A DNA stretch of 64,000 nucleotides, from positions 47,368,001-47,432,000 of the forward strand of contig OZ024747.1 of assembly GCA_964016885.1 (NCBI GenBank), written 5' to 3'. The position numbers and the translations under genes were made by a program. The stretch is from Eledone cirrhosa. Lineage: Eukaryota. The notes under the pieces are model-generated. The model searched no databases. It had not been told where the DNA came from and saw only the letters and a program-made list of their open reading frames with translations. Below, one piece after another: positions 42,656 through 55,960 of the stretch; the first letter of the stretch is position 1, and every line of letters starts with the position of its first letter.

Positions 42656-43574
42656 CTTTGAATTAAAGGCGTTATTAATTCTGTAGTATTGCTGAAAACT
42701 TGGTTTTTTAATTGTTTATGTTATATTTATGGAACTGTATCTGTTTATTACCTCTAGATTGTCTGTTTAACTTTTGCTATATAGTGTAGAATTAAAGATT
42801 TTTAATTTTTTTTTTTTTTGTATGTCTGTTTGTTTGGTTCCTTTATTTTTTCTTCTTTTTTTGTGCTTCTTTTTATTCTTTTGTGAATAGGAAGAAGACT
42901 TTACAAGAAAGATACGTCAAAACATCTCAACAAAATATATTAAAGTTAATTCAATTGATTACCCGTTCATTATATATCTATCCTTCATGACACCGTGAAA
43001 TAGATGGAATAGATAAACTATTGATTAGACTAGCTGCTCAAAATGTGTAGGTTCAGTTCCACTGCAAACATTTCCCTGCTTCTGGTCACAACACGTTAAG
43101 TTCTCAACACCTCAATTCAAATAGATTTCTGTTTTGGGATATATACCGAATCATCTAGGAATACCTAAGGTACAACCACAAGCTGTGTTTAGTTCACGAG
43201 CCTTCGTGATTTGATATGCTATATGGTGGGATAGTGATCAAGATAAACATGTATTTAACCACTTAAAAGCGGTTTAAGAACCGCTATTTAATTATCACTC
43301 TCGAGAGCGTTGGAAACATTTCCATCAACAGTCCTTCCAACAACATAATCAATGAATAACTTCTCTCTACGTTCTTATGTATATGAAGCAAACTCTGTGT
43401 CGTCATTTAACCTGCTGATAACAGAGAAAACATATCCATCAAATCACACACTATTGCCTTACGAGTAAACAAAAAGGCAGCTTTGATAAAGTAAAACATT
43501 CTTTAAAGCAGAACTGAAACATATTTGATAATAGATCTTCCCGATCAAAGGCTGACAGGGGCCAAACAATAATA

Positions 43575-43785
43575 AGGATTTCTACCTTAAACACAAAAGT
43601 CAGTAATTTGGAAGGGAAGGGAACATCTATTTTAACGGCCCCAGTATTTGACCGGTACTTTATTTTATCGACCCCGGTGATGAATGGCAAAGTTGACCTC
43701 TGTGAGATTTGAACTCAGAACGTAAAATGCCGGAAGAAATATCGCAAAGCATCTTGTCCGTCACTCTCACAATTTTGCCAATACA
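43575..43785 (-). mobile_element. Old Nin-like SINE
   Basis: GGTACTTTATTTTATCGACCCC...GATTTGAACTCAGAACG. Confidence 0.8.
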
Positions 43786-44087
43786 TTACCTTTGAGGTTT
43801 AACAATAGCACAAAGAGCTTCAATGTATTCAATCGGGTCTGAGTCATTTTTTTAACCAAAATGAAGCAATATATTTTAAGAGAGTTCATCTCCCTAAGGA
43901 TCTCGATAAGACTATCAATACTTATCAAGTTATTTAATAACTTTCAGTAGAATTTAAAACACATACATGACTCACCTGTCGAACGAATTCACGAATAGAA
44001 TTGGATATTTATTTTACTTGTACAACATTCGTCTGCTAATTCTTCTTCAAGCCACATTTTAATTGTAGTCGGGGAGGGTGTAAAAAA

Positions 44088-44478
44088 TAATTGTCTCTAC
44101 TCTTGGCACAAGGCCAGCAATTATCCTGGTGCATTATATTATTTTATCGGTGGATAGGGCGGTGGATTGGCAGTATCGGTAGAGGGTCGGACGCCATGCT
44201 TTCCAGCATAGTTACGTCCCTTTACGATCTGAGGTCAAATCCCGCCGAGGTTGACTTTGCCTTTCATCCTTACGAGGTCGATAAAATAAAGTACCAGTAA
44301 TGCACTGGGTAATTGCTGGCCTTGTGCCTAAAGTAGAAACAATTATATTATTTTATCGACCCCCGAAAGGATGAAAGGCAAAGTTAACCTCGGCGGGATT
44401 TGAACTCAGACCGTAAAGGGCTGTAACTCTATGCTGCAAAGCATAGCGTCCGACCCTCTACCGATACTGCCAATCCAC
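44088..44478. mobile_element. Plus-strand SINE (44157-44347) nested in the core of a minus-strand SINE
   Basis: Tail half at 44088-44148, head half at about 44350-44478; ATTATATTATTTTATCG occurs on both sides of the insert (TSD-like). Confidence 0.75.
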
Positions 44479-44764
44479 AGGGTGTAAAAAAAAAATAATA
44501 CCTTTTCTTTTGGTCTGGAGTTGGGCGCTTTTTAATGTCAGAATACGGAAAGGATATTGTATGTGTCTTTTACCTCCATCACTCGAAAGCTCTTGAGCTA
44601 AACACAAAGCCTCAACGTAAAGGCACTTCTAGTTAGAAATATCTGCCATGTTTCCTCCAAATCACATCACATATTCCCAGTAAAAGAATCAGCATATTTG
44701 GAAATGATAGAGTAAATAAATATATAGTCAAGATGCCCATGTCCCAAACATATATATTTTTGTG

Positions 44765-44799
<35 letters not shown>

Positions 44800-45220
44800 T
44801 AAGCATTTCCATAGAAAAGGTAAAGGAAAGAAGAGTGCTCTATGTATTGTACAGAGCTATGTAATTACATAATAAACAACACTATAATTATTCCATTACC
44901 AAAGGTTTCAGGAAACTAGATGGTCCTTACAGAAACGTCCAACTCGTTCATCAGATGAAATAACTGTTTGTTTGTCTGTATTACGTTTCAAGGTTGATTT
45001 AATTACATTTCGAAATGTAGCAAAAGCACTCAATAAACAGATTTACAGTGATATGATCTAATATACGTAGTCTAACTGAACCAAGAAAACGATTCAAGCT
45101 ATTGACGTCCTTATGTCTATTTTTAAAGCAGTGCTAAACTAGGTTTTAGGTATGCAATGATGTCCCTTTTCGTATGCTTCGTTCGTTTTACTATCTATGT
45201 CTCATTTTCTTCCATATATA

Positions 45221-46166
45221 TCTACTATATAAATTGGAAGTGGTAGGATGTTGTATATTTAAGTAAGTAGGTGTAGTCGGATAAACGTCGAAACGGCTTG
45301 GTGGAATGCAGCGAAAATTTACACAGTTATGCAGAATGACCCGAGGAGGCGTTGTGTCGACTTTCAAGCTACAATCTTCCATGGTTACGGAGAAAATCGA
45401 TGAAACAGGAATTTCCCATTCAAATTGAACTGAGAGTAATCTATGAACGCAGAAGTAAATATTTCGAGAAACGTTGCAACCGAACGAAAACAGGGAGATG
45501 ATGTTTTGGTTCGTGAATACGTTCCCTGGCAAGACCAAGTTTATGGTATAAATGCAGTCGTTAGACTAATATTCTATTTAAAACAACAGAATGATTTCCA
45601 GCCCCGGAGTTTAAGAATGATGTAAATAAAATTGAAAACGAAAATGACAGAGATTATTAAAATAGTAAAAGTAAATAGTGAAGATTTAGGCCAATACATA
45701 CGTATGCCCCGACGGACATACACATACATACGCACACACAAATACATACACACCCACACACACACACGCACACACGCGCGCGCGCGTATGTATAAACCTT
45801 ATGCATTTCTACAGTATTTTCACCAAACTTAAGACATAGGTTACTTATGTACTCCGGATGGTCATGAGCACTTTCATTTTTCCAGATATTGATTATAGGG
45901 CCTCCCGGCAGATAACCCCCTTTAACCACTTCCTTGGAGTCGACTGAAGCACTGCAGTGCAATGCAACAGAACGTCATAACTTCTGGAGTTTGCAACCGA
46001 TTTTCACAAAACACAAAACTTGACACATGGGCTACGTTTGTCCTACAGAATTGGCACATATCGAGTAGGGGATCCCTGGGGGCAGGAACCCCCTTTTGAA
46101 GTATTGACATAAATGGTATACACAACTGCTATTTAATACCCGAGCAACACCGGGTACGTCTGCTAG
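45221..46166 (+). mobile_element. Non-autonomous Helitron-like element
   Basis: A|TCTACTATATAAA start, CATAACTTCTGG..CAACCGATTTTCAC core, hairpin CCCGAGCAACACCGGG 46139-46154, CTAG|T end. The 3' end is similar to that of 18283-19213; linking the two ends is inferred. Confidence 0.65.
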
Positions 46167-46405
46167 TACATATATATGAGAAGAGAATATATATTAATCA
46201 CCAAGAAACGCTGCGTGTTTATGGAAACCAGTTTATCCCGTTGAGAATGTATTGTGGCTTTCGTCAGATGGAATGGGTGTTGGAAAAATTGAATTTCTCC
46301 GTAACATAAACACGCACAGGCAAATAAAGCAATGAAGGGCAAAGTGTGGGTATTTGGTTTAAACGTAACGACCTTTGAATCTACCAACATAAATATAATC
46401 TTTCA

Positions 46406-46426
46406 ATGATGATAACGATGGTGATA

Positions 46427-46459
<33 letters not shown>

Positions 46460-46808
46460 GTGATGGTGGTGATGGTGGTGATGGTGATGGTGATGATGGT
46501 GGTGATGGTGATGGTGATGATGGTGGTGATGGTGGTGATGGTGGTGATGGTGGTGATGGTGGTGATGGTGATGGTGATGATGGTGATGGTGATGGTGGTG
46601 ATGGTGGTGATGGTGATGATGGTGGTGATGGTGATGGTGGTGATGGTGGTGATGGTGATGGTGGTGATGGTGGTGATGGTGGTGATGGTGATGATGGTGA
46701 TGGTGATGGTGATGATGATGATGATGGTGGTGATGGTGGTGATGGTGATGGTGATGGTGATGATGGTGATGGTGATGATGATGATGATGGTGGTGATGGT
46801 GGTGATGG

Positions 46809-46843
<35 letters not shown>

Positions 46844-46892
46844 GTGGTGGTGATGGTGGTGATGGTGGTGATGGTGGTGATGGTGATGGTGG

Positions 46893-46924
<32 letters not shown>

Positions 46925-47362
46925 GCGATGGTGTGTGATGATGGTGATGGTGGTGATGGTGGTCATGATGGTGATGGTGGTCATGATGGTGATGATGATG
47001 ATGATGATGGTGATGATGATAATGATGATGATGATGATGGTGGTGGTGATGGTGGTGATGGTGGTGATGGTGGTGATGGTGGTGATGGTGATGGTGGTGA
47101 TGGTGGTGATGGTGATGGTGGTGATGGTGGTGATGGTGATGGTGATGATGATGGTGATGGTGGTGGTGATGGTGATGGTGATGATGATGGTGATGGTGGT
47201 GGTGATGGTGATGGTGATGATGATGGTGATGGTGGTGATGGTGGTGATGGTGGTGATGGTGATGGTGGTGATGGTGGTGATGGTGATGGTGGTGATGGTG
47301 GTGATGGTGATGGTGGTGATGGTGGTGATGGTGGTGGTGATGATGATGGGGATGATGATGGT
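46406..47362. repeat. Compound (GAT/GGT)n array
   Basis: Direct reading. Confidence 0.95.
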
Positions 47363-47464
47363 GTTATTGTTGGTCTGCTCTGTCTACTTAATATTGTTCG
47401 TGTTTTTTCACTTAATGTTTTGATGTCTGTCTCTGATATTGTCTGTCTGTGATATTGTTGTCGC

Positions 47465-47560
<96 letters not shown>

Positions 47561-47574
47561 GGTGGGGGGGGGGC

Positions 47575-47664
<90 letters not shown>

Positions 47665-47699
47665 GGTGGGGGTGGGGGTGGGGGGTGGGGGGGGGGGGG

Positions 47700-47766
<67 letters not shown>

Positions 47767-47816
47767 GGGTGGTGGGGGTGGTGGGGGTGGTGGGGGTGAT
47801 GGTGGTGGCGGCGGCG

Positions 47817-47887
<71 letters not shown>

Positions 47888-48025
47888 GGGGGCGATGGTG
47901 GTGGTGGTGGTGGTGGTGGTGGTGGTGGTGGTGGTGGTGGTGGTGGTGGTGATGGTGGTGGCGGCGGCGGTAGTAGTAGTAGTAGTAGTAGTGGTGGGGG
48001 GGGGGTGATGGTGGTGGCGGTGGCG

Positions 48026-48104
<79 letters not shown>

Positions 48105-48159
48105 GGGGGGGGGGGGGGTGATGGTGGTGGTGGTGGTGGTGATGGTGATGGCGGCGGCG

Positions 48160-48199
<40 letters not shown>

Positions 48200-48239
48200 C
48201 GGTGGCGGTGGCGGTGGCGGTGGCTGCGGCGGCGGCGGC

Positions 48240-48314
<75 letters not shown>

Positions 48315-48405
48315 GGTGGTGGTGATGGTGGTGGTGGTGGTGGTGGTGGTGGTGGTGGTGGTGGTGGTGGTGGTGGTGGTGGTGGTGGCGGCGGCGGCGG
48401 CGGCC

Positions 48406-48477
<72 letters not shown>
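47465..48477. repeat. Block-structured (TAG)n/(GGT)n/(GGC)n/poly-G array
   Basis: Direct reading; about 10 alternating TAG and G-rich blocks. Confidence 0.95.
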
Positions 48478-48556
48478 TCAATAACCGTAGTTTTTATTGT
48501 TGTTGTGGTTCTGTTACAACAAAAAGAAAACAATATTATAGATGAATGAATATATG

Positions 48557-51500
48557 AGGGCGGTGGATTGGTAGTATCGGTAGAGGGTCGGACGCCATGC
48601 TAGGGCGGTGGATTGGCAGTATCGGTAGAGGGTCGGACGCCATGCTAGGGCGATGGATTGGTAGTATCGGTAGAGGGTCGGACGCCATGCTAGGGCGATG
48701 GATTGGTAGTATCGGTAGAGGGTCGGATGCCATGCTAGGGCGGTGGATTGGCAGTATCGGTAGAGGGTCGGACGCCATGCTAGGGCGGTGGATTGGCAGT
48801 ATCGGTAGAGGGTCGGACGCCATGCTAGGGCGATGGATTGGCAGTATCGGTAGAGGGTCGGACGCCATGCTAGGGCGATGGATTGGCAGTATCGGTAGAG
48901 GGTCGGACGCCATGCTAGGGCGATGGATTGGTAGTATCGGTAGAGGGTCGGACGCCATGCTAGGGCGGTGGATTGGCAGTATCGGTAGAGGGTCGGACGC
49001 CATGCTAGGGCGATGGATTGGCAGTATCGGTAGAGGGTCGGACGCCATGCTAGGGCGATGGATTGGTAGTATCGGTAGAGGGTCGGACGCCATGCTAGGG
49101 CGGTGGATTGGCAGTATCGGTAGAGGGTCGGACGCCATGCTAGGGCGATGGATTGGTAGTATCGGTAGAGGGTCGGACGCCATGCTAGGGCGGTGGATTG
49201 GCAGTATCGGTAGAGGGTCGGACGCCATGCTAGGGCGGTGGATTGGCAGTATCGGTAGAGGGTCGGACGCCATGCTAGGGCGATGGATTGGCAGTATCGG
49301 TAGAGGGTCGGATGCCATGCTAGGGCGATGGATTGGCAGTATCGGTAGAGAGTCGGACGCCAAGCTAGGGCGGTGTATTGGTAGTACGGTAGAGGGTCTG
49401 ACGCCATGCTAGGGCGATGGATTGGCAGTATCGGTAGAGGGTCGGACGCCATGCTAGGGCGGTGGATTGGCAGTATCGGTAGAGGGTCGGACGCCATGCT
49501 AGGGCGGTGGATTGGCAGTATCGGTAGAGAGTCGGACGCCATGCTAGGGCGATGGATTGGCAGTATCGGTAGAGGGTCGGACGCCATCCTAGGGCGATGG
49601 ATTGGCAGTATCGGTAGAGGGTCGGACGCCATGCTAGGGCGGTGGATTGGCAGTATCGGTAGAGGGTCGGACGCCATGCTAGGGCGATGGATTGGCAGTA
49701 TCGGTAGAGGGTCGGACGCCATCCTAGGGCGATGGATTGGCAGTATCGGTAGAGGGTCGGACGCCATCCTAGGGCGATGGATTGGCAGTATCGGTAGAGG
49801 GTCGGACGCCATCCTAGGGCGATGGATTGGCAGTATCGGTAGAGGGTCGGACGCCATGCTAGGGCGATGGATTGGCAGTATCGGTAGAGGGTCGGACGCC
49901 ATCCTAGGGCGATGGATTGGCAGTATCGGTAGAGGGTCGGACGCCATCCTAGGGCGATGGATTGGCAGTATCGGTAGAGGGTCGGACGCCATCCTAGGGC
50001 GATGGATTGGCAGTATCGGTAGAGGGTCGGACGCCATGCTAGGGCGATGGATTGGCAGTATCGGTAGAGGGTCGGACGCCATGCTAGGGCGGTGGATTGG
50101 CAGTATCGGTAGAGGGTCGGACGCCATGCTAGGGCGATGGATTGGCAGTATCGGTAGAGGGTCGGACGCCATCCTAGGGCGATGGATTGGCAGTATCGGT
50201 AGAGGGTCGGACGCCATGCTAGGGCGGTGGATTGGCAGTATCGGTAGAGGGTCGGACGCCATGCTAGGGCGGTGGATTGGCAGTATCGGTAGAGTGTCGG
50301 ACGCCATGCTAGGGCGATGGATTGGCAGTATCGGTAGAGGGTCGGACGCCATGCTAGGGCGGTGGATTGGCAGTATCGGTAGAGGGTCGGACGCCATGCT
50401 AGGGCGGTGGATTGGCAGTATCGGTAGAGGGTCGGACGCCATGCTAGGGCGATGGATTGGCAGTATCGGTAGAGGGTCGGACGCCATGCTAGGGCGGTGG
50501 ATTGGCAGTATCGGTAGAGGGTCGGACGCCATGCTAGGGCGATGGATTGGCAGTATCGGTAGAGGGTCGGACGCCATCCTAGGGCGATGGATTGGCAGTA
50601 TCGGTAGAGGGTCGGACGCCATGCTAGGGCGGTGGATTGGCAGTATCGGTAGAGGGTCGGACGCCATGCTAGGGCGGTGGATTGGCAGTATCGGTAGAGG
50701 GTCGGACGCCATGCTAGGGCGATGGATTGGCAGTATCGGTAGAGGGTCGGACGCCATCCTAGGGCGATGGATTGGCAGTATCGGTAGAGGGTCGGACGCC
50801 ATGCTAGGGCGGTGGATTGGCAGTATCGGTAGAGGGTCGGACGCCATGCCAGGGCGGTGGATTGGCAGTATCGGTAGAGGGTCGGACGCCATGCTAGGGC
50901 GATGGATTGGCAGTATCGGTAGAGGGTCGGACGCCATGCTAGGGCGGTGGATTGGCAGTATCGGTAGAGGGTCGGACGCCATGCTAGGGCGATGGATTGG
51001 CAGTATCGGTAGAGAGTCGGACGCCATCCTAGGGCGATGGATTGGCAGTATCGGTAGAGGGTCGGACGCCATGCTAGGGCGATGGATTGGCAGTATCGGT
51101 AGAGGGTCGGACGCCATGCTAGGGCGATGGATTGGCAGTATCGGTAGAGGGTCGGACGCCATCCTAGGGCGATGGATTGGCAGTATCGGTAGAGGGTCGG
51201 ACGCCATGCTAGGGCGATGGATTGGCAGTATCGGTAGAGGGTCGGACGCCATCCTAGGGCGATGGATTGGCAGTATCGGTAGAGGGTCGGACGCCATGCT
51301 AGGGCGATGGATTGGCAGTATCGGTAGAGGGTCGGACGCCATGCTAGGGCGGTGGATTGGCAGTATCGGTAGAGGGTCGGACGCCATCCTAGGGCGATGG
51401 ATTGGCAGTATCGGTAGAGGGTCGGACGCCATGCTAGGGCGATGGATTGGCAGTATCGGTAGAGGGTCGGACGCCATCCTAGGGCGATGGATTGGCAGTA

Positions 51501-53190
51501 TCGGTAGAGGGTCGGACGCCATGCTAGGGCGATGGATTGGCAGTATCGGTAGAGGGTCGGACGCCATGCTAGGGCGGTGGATTGGCAGTATCGGTAGAGG
51601 GTCGGACGCCATGCTAGGGCGATGGATTGGCAGTATCGGTAGAGGGTCGGACGCCATGCTAGGGCGATGGATTGGCAGTATCGGTAGAGGGTCGGACGCC
51701 ATGCTAGGGCGGTGGATTGGCAGTATCGGTAGAGGGTCGGACGCCATCCTAGGGCGATGGATTGGCAGTATCGGTAGAGGGTCGGACGCCATGCTAGGGC
51801 GATGGATTGGCAGTATCGGTAGAGGGTCGGACGCCATGCTAGGGCGGTGGATTGGCAGTATCGGTAGAGGGTCGGACGCCATGCTAGGGCGATGGATTGG
51901 CAGTATCGGTAGAGGGTCGGACGCCATCCTAGGGCGATGGATTGGCAGTATCGGTAGAGGGTCGGACGCCATGCTAGGGCGGTGGATTGGCAGTATCGGT
52001 AGAGGGTCGGACGCCATGCCAGGGCGGTGGATTGGCAGTATCGGTAGAGGGTCGGACGCCATGCTAGGGCGATGGATTGGCAGTATCGGTAGAGGGTCGG
52101 ACGCCATGCTAGGGCGGTGGATTGGCAGTATCGGTAGAGGGTCGGACGCCATGCTAGGGCGATGGATTGGCAGTATCGGTAGAGAGTCGGACGCCATCCT
52201 AGGGCGATGGATTGGCAGTATCGGTAGAGGGTCGGACGCCATGCTAGGGCGATGGATTGGCAGTATCGGTAGAGGGTCGGACGCCATGCTAGGGCGATGG
52301 ATTGGCAGTATCGGTAGAGGGTCGGACGCCATCCTAGGGCGATGGATTGGCAGTATCGGTAGAGGGTCGGACGCCATGCTAGGGCGATGGATTGGCAGTA
52401 TCGGTAGAGGGTCGGACGCCATCCTAGGGCGATGGATTGGCAGTATCGGTAGAGGGTCGGACGCCATGCTAGGGCGATGGATTGGCAGTATCGGTAGAGG
52501 GTCGGACGCCATGCTAGGGCGGTGGATTGGCAGTATCGGTAGAGGGTCGGACGCCATCCTAGGGCGATGGATTGGCAGTATCGGTAGAGGGTCGGACGCC
52601 ATGCTAGGGCGATGGATTGGCAGTATCGGTAGAGGGTCGGACGCCATCCTAGGGCGATGGATTGGCAGTATCGGTAGAGGGTCGGACGCCATGCTAGGGC
52701 GATGGATTGGCAGTATCGGTAGAGGGTCGGACGCCATGCTAGGGCGGTGGATTGGCAGTATCGGTAGAGGGTCGGACGCCATGCTAGGGCGATGGATTGG
52801 CAGTATCGGTAGAGGGTCGGACGCCATGCTAGGGCGATGGATTGGCAGTATCGGTAGAGGGTCGGACGCCATGCTAGGGCGGTGGATTGGCAGTATCGGT
52901 AGAGGGTCGGACGCCATCCTAGGGCGATGGATTGGCAGTATCGGTAGAGGGTCGGACGCCATGCTAGGGCGATGGATTGGCAGTATCGGTAGAGGGTCGG
53001 ACGCCATGCTAGGGCGGTGGATTGGCAGTATCGGTAGAGGGTCGGACGCCATCCTAGGGCGATGGATTGGCAGTATCGGTAGAGGGTCGGACGCCATGCT
53101 AGGGCGGTGGATTGGCAGTATCGGTAGAGGGTCGGACGCCATGCTAGGGCGGTGGATTGGCAGTATCGGTAGAGGGTCGGACGCCATGCT
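48557..53190 (+). repeat. 45-bp tandem satellite, 103 units, derived from the SINE 5' head
   Basis: Unit AGGGCG(G/A)TGGATTGGCAGTATCGGTAGAGGGTCGGACGCCAT(G/C)CT; 4634 bp = 103 x 45 minus 1 (single deletion near 49387). Confidence 0.97.
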
Positions 53191-53340
53191 TTCCAGCATA
53201 GTTACGTCCATTTACAGTCTTAGTTCAAATCCCGCCGAGGTTGACTTTGCCTTTCATCCTTACGGGGTCGATAAAATAAAGTACCAGTAATGCACTAGGT
53301 AATTGCTGGCCTTGTGCCTAAAGTAGAAACAAATATTATA
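53146..53340 (+). mobile_element. Intact SINE whose head is the last satellite unit
   Basis: The last unit continues directly TTCCAGCATAGTTACG...GTTCAAATCCC, then core and tail. Confidence 0.9.
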
Positions 53341-53344
53341 GTGA

Positions 53345-54320
53345 ATGTATACATGTATATATTTATATTTATACACAAAGATATATTCGTGTATATAAAT
53401 ATAAATATATACATGTATATATTTATATTTATACACAAAGATATATTCGTGTGTATAAATATAAATATATACATGTATATATTTATATTTATACACAAAG
53501 ATATATTCGTGTATATAAATATAAATATATACATGTATATATTTATATTTATACACAAAGATATATTCGTGTATATAAATATAAATATATACATGTATAT
53601 ATTTATATTTATACACAAAGATATATTCGTGTGTATAAATATAAATATATACATGTATATATTTATATTTATACACAAAGATATATTCGTGTGTATAAAT
53701 ATAAATGTATACATGTATATATTTATATTTATCCACAAAGATATATTCGTGTGTATAAATATAAATATATACATGTATATATTTATATTTATAAATATAT
53801 ACATGTATATATTTATATTTATCCACAAAGATATATTCGTGTGTATAAATATAAATAAATACATGTATATATTTATATTTATCCACAAAGATATATTCGT
53901 GTGTATAAATATAAATATATACATGTATATATTTATATTTATACACAAATATATATTCGTGTGTATAAATATAAATATATACATGTATATATTTATATTT
54001 ATACACAAATATATATTCGTGTGTATAAATATAAATATATACATGTATATATTTATATTTATACACAAAGATATATTCGTGTGTATAAATATAAATGTAT
54101 ACATGTATATATTTATATTTATCCACAAAGATATATTCGTGTGTATAAATATAAATATATACATGTATATATTTATATTTATACACAAAGATATATTCGT
54201 GTGTATAAATATAAATATATACATGTATATATTTATATTTATACACAAAGATATATTCGTGTGTATAAATATAAATATATACATGTATATATTTGTACAC
54301 AAAGATATATTCGTGTGTGT
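53345..54320. repeat. 60-bp AT-rich tandem array, about 16 units, each mostly a 48-bp palindrome
   Basis: TGTGTATAAATATAAATATATACA|TGTATATATTTATATTTATACACA plus AAGATATATTCG; one half-unit insertion near 53790. Confidence 0.93.
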
Positions 54321-54349
54321 GTAGGTGTTTATAGATGCAATTTGAAGTA

Positions 54350-55306
54350 CGTTACTGGTGTTTTATTTATCGATCCCGTAAGGATGAAAGGCAAAGCTGA
54401 ACTCGGTGGGATTAGAACTCAGAACGTAAAGAGCCGTAACTCTATGCCACAAAACATGTTGTCCGACACTCTACTAATACTGTCAATACAACACCAATAA
54501 TATTAATTGTTTCTACTTTCGGCGCACAGCCAGCAATTACTCCAGTACATTACTGGTAGTTTTTATTTTACCGACCCCGTAGGGATGAAAGGCAAAGTTA
54601 ACCTCGGCAGGAATTGAACTCGGAACGTAAAGGGCCGTGACTCTATGCTGCAAAGCATGGCGTCCGACCCTCTACCGATACAGCCAATCCACCGCCCTCA
54701 TGCCGCCGGTAATAATGGTTTCTTATATAGGCACAAGGCCAGTAATTTGGGGAGAGGGGAAAGTCGATTAAATCGACCCCAGTGCGTGACTGGTACTTTA
54801 TTTTATAGACCCCGTAATGATGAAACGCAAAGTTAACCTCGCCGGGATTTGAGCTCAGATCATAAAGAGCTGTAAAACTCTATGCTGCAAATCATGGCGT
54901 GCGACGCTCTACCGATACTGCCAATCCACCACCGATAATAATAATTGTTTCTACTTTTGGCACAAGGCCAGCAAATACCCAGTGCATTACTGGTACTTTA
55001 TTTTATCGACCCCGTAAGGATGAAAGGCAAAGTTGACCTCGGCGGGATTTGAACTCAGAATAGAAAAGGCCGTAACTCTATGCGTCAAAGCATGGCGTCC
55101 GACCCTCTACCGATAATAATTGTTTCTACTTTTGGCACAAGGCCAGCAATTACCCAATGCATTACTGGTACTTTATTCTATCGACCCCGGAAGGATGAAA
55201 GGCAAAGTTAACCTCGGCGGGATTTGAACTCAGATCAAACAGGGAGGTAACTCTATGCTTCAAAGCATGGCATCCGATCCTCTACCGATACTGCCAATCC
55301 ACTACC
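54350..55306 (-). mobile_element. Five tandem minus-strand Nin-like SINE copies
   Basis: About 54350-54490, 54505-54697, 54715-54933, 54942-55112 and 55118-55306. Confidence 0.88.
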
Positions 55307-55687
55307 GATAATAATAATAATTGTTAATGATAGATCTTGTCTGTAAGCTACGAAAGTTATTGGGAAAACATGGAGACAGAATAGATATGACTGTTATTTA
55401 AAGTAAAAAGACTCGAAATCAATAAAAGCAACGAGCGATGAGAGACATGACATTAGCTACATGTAGAGAAAATACACTTGATAACTGGAAACTATAAACA
55501 GAAACACGCACACATTCATACACACACACACCACATAAACACAACGCATACACACATACACACACACACATCAATTACACACAACACACACAACACATAC
55601 CCCACACATACAGCCCATATACTCAAGCATACATATATGTGTGTGCGTATACATACACATATATATATGTATGTTTATGTATATCTC

Positions 55688-55718
<31 letters not shown>

Positions 55719-55776
55719 TTCAATGTGTAAAGATGTTTATTTATTTATATATAATATAAATTTATATACATATATA

Positions 55777-55879
<103 letters not shown>

Positions 55880-55906
55880 AAATATATATATATTTATACA
55901 TGTATA

Positions 55907-55960
<54 letters not shown>

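Noticed and set aside
39242-44955. CTGATGA matches at 39242 (plus) and about 44948-44954 (minus)
   Set aside because: No stem II plus GAAA arrangement; the first is a MITE end plus its TSD.
48514-53290. 1565-aa and 1294-aa repeat ORFs on both strands
   Set aside because: The 45-bp unit is a multiple of 3 and lacks stops in these frames; the sequence is a SINE head, with a frameshift near 49387 and no non-repetitive domain.
48557-54320. CRISPR-like arrays
   Set aside because: Units are head-to-tail with no unique spacers, there are no cas genes, and the context is eukaryotic.
53260-54500. Tyr/Ile-rich ORFs of about 340 aa
   Set aside because: Artefacts of the 60-bp satellite; the same applies to all YI, CV, HT and MYVC ORFs from microsatellites.
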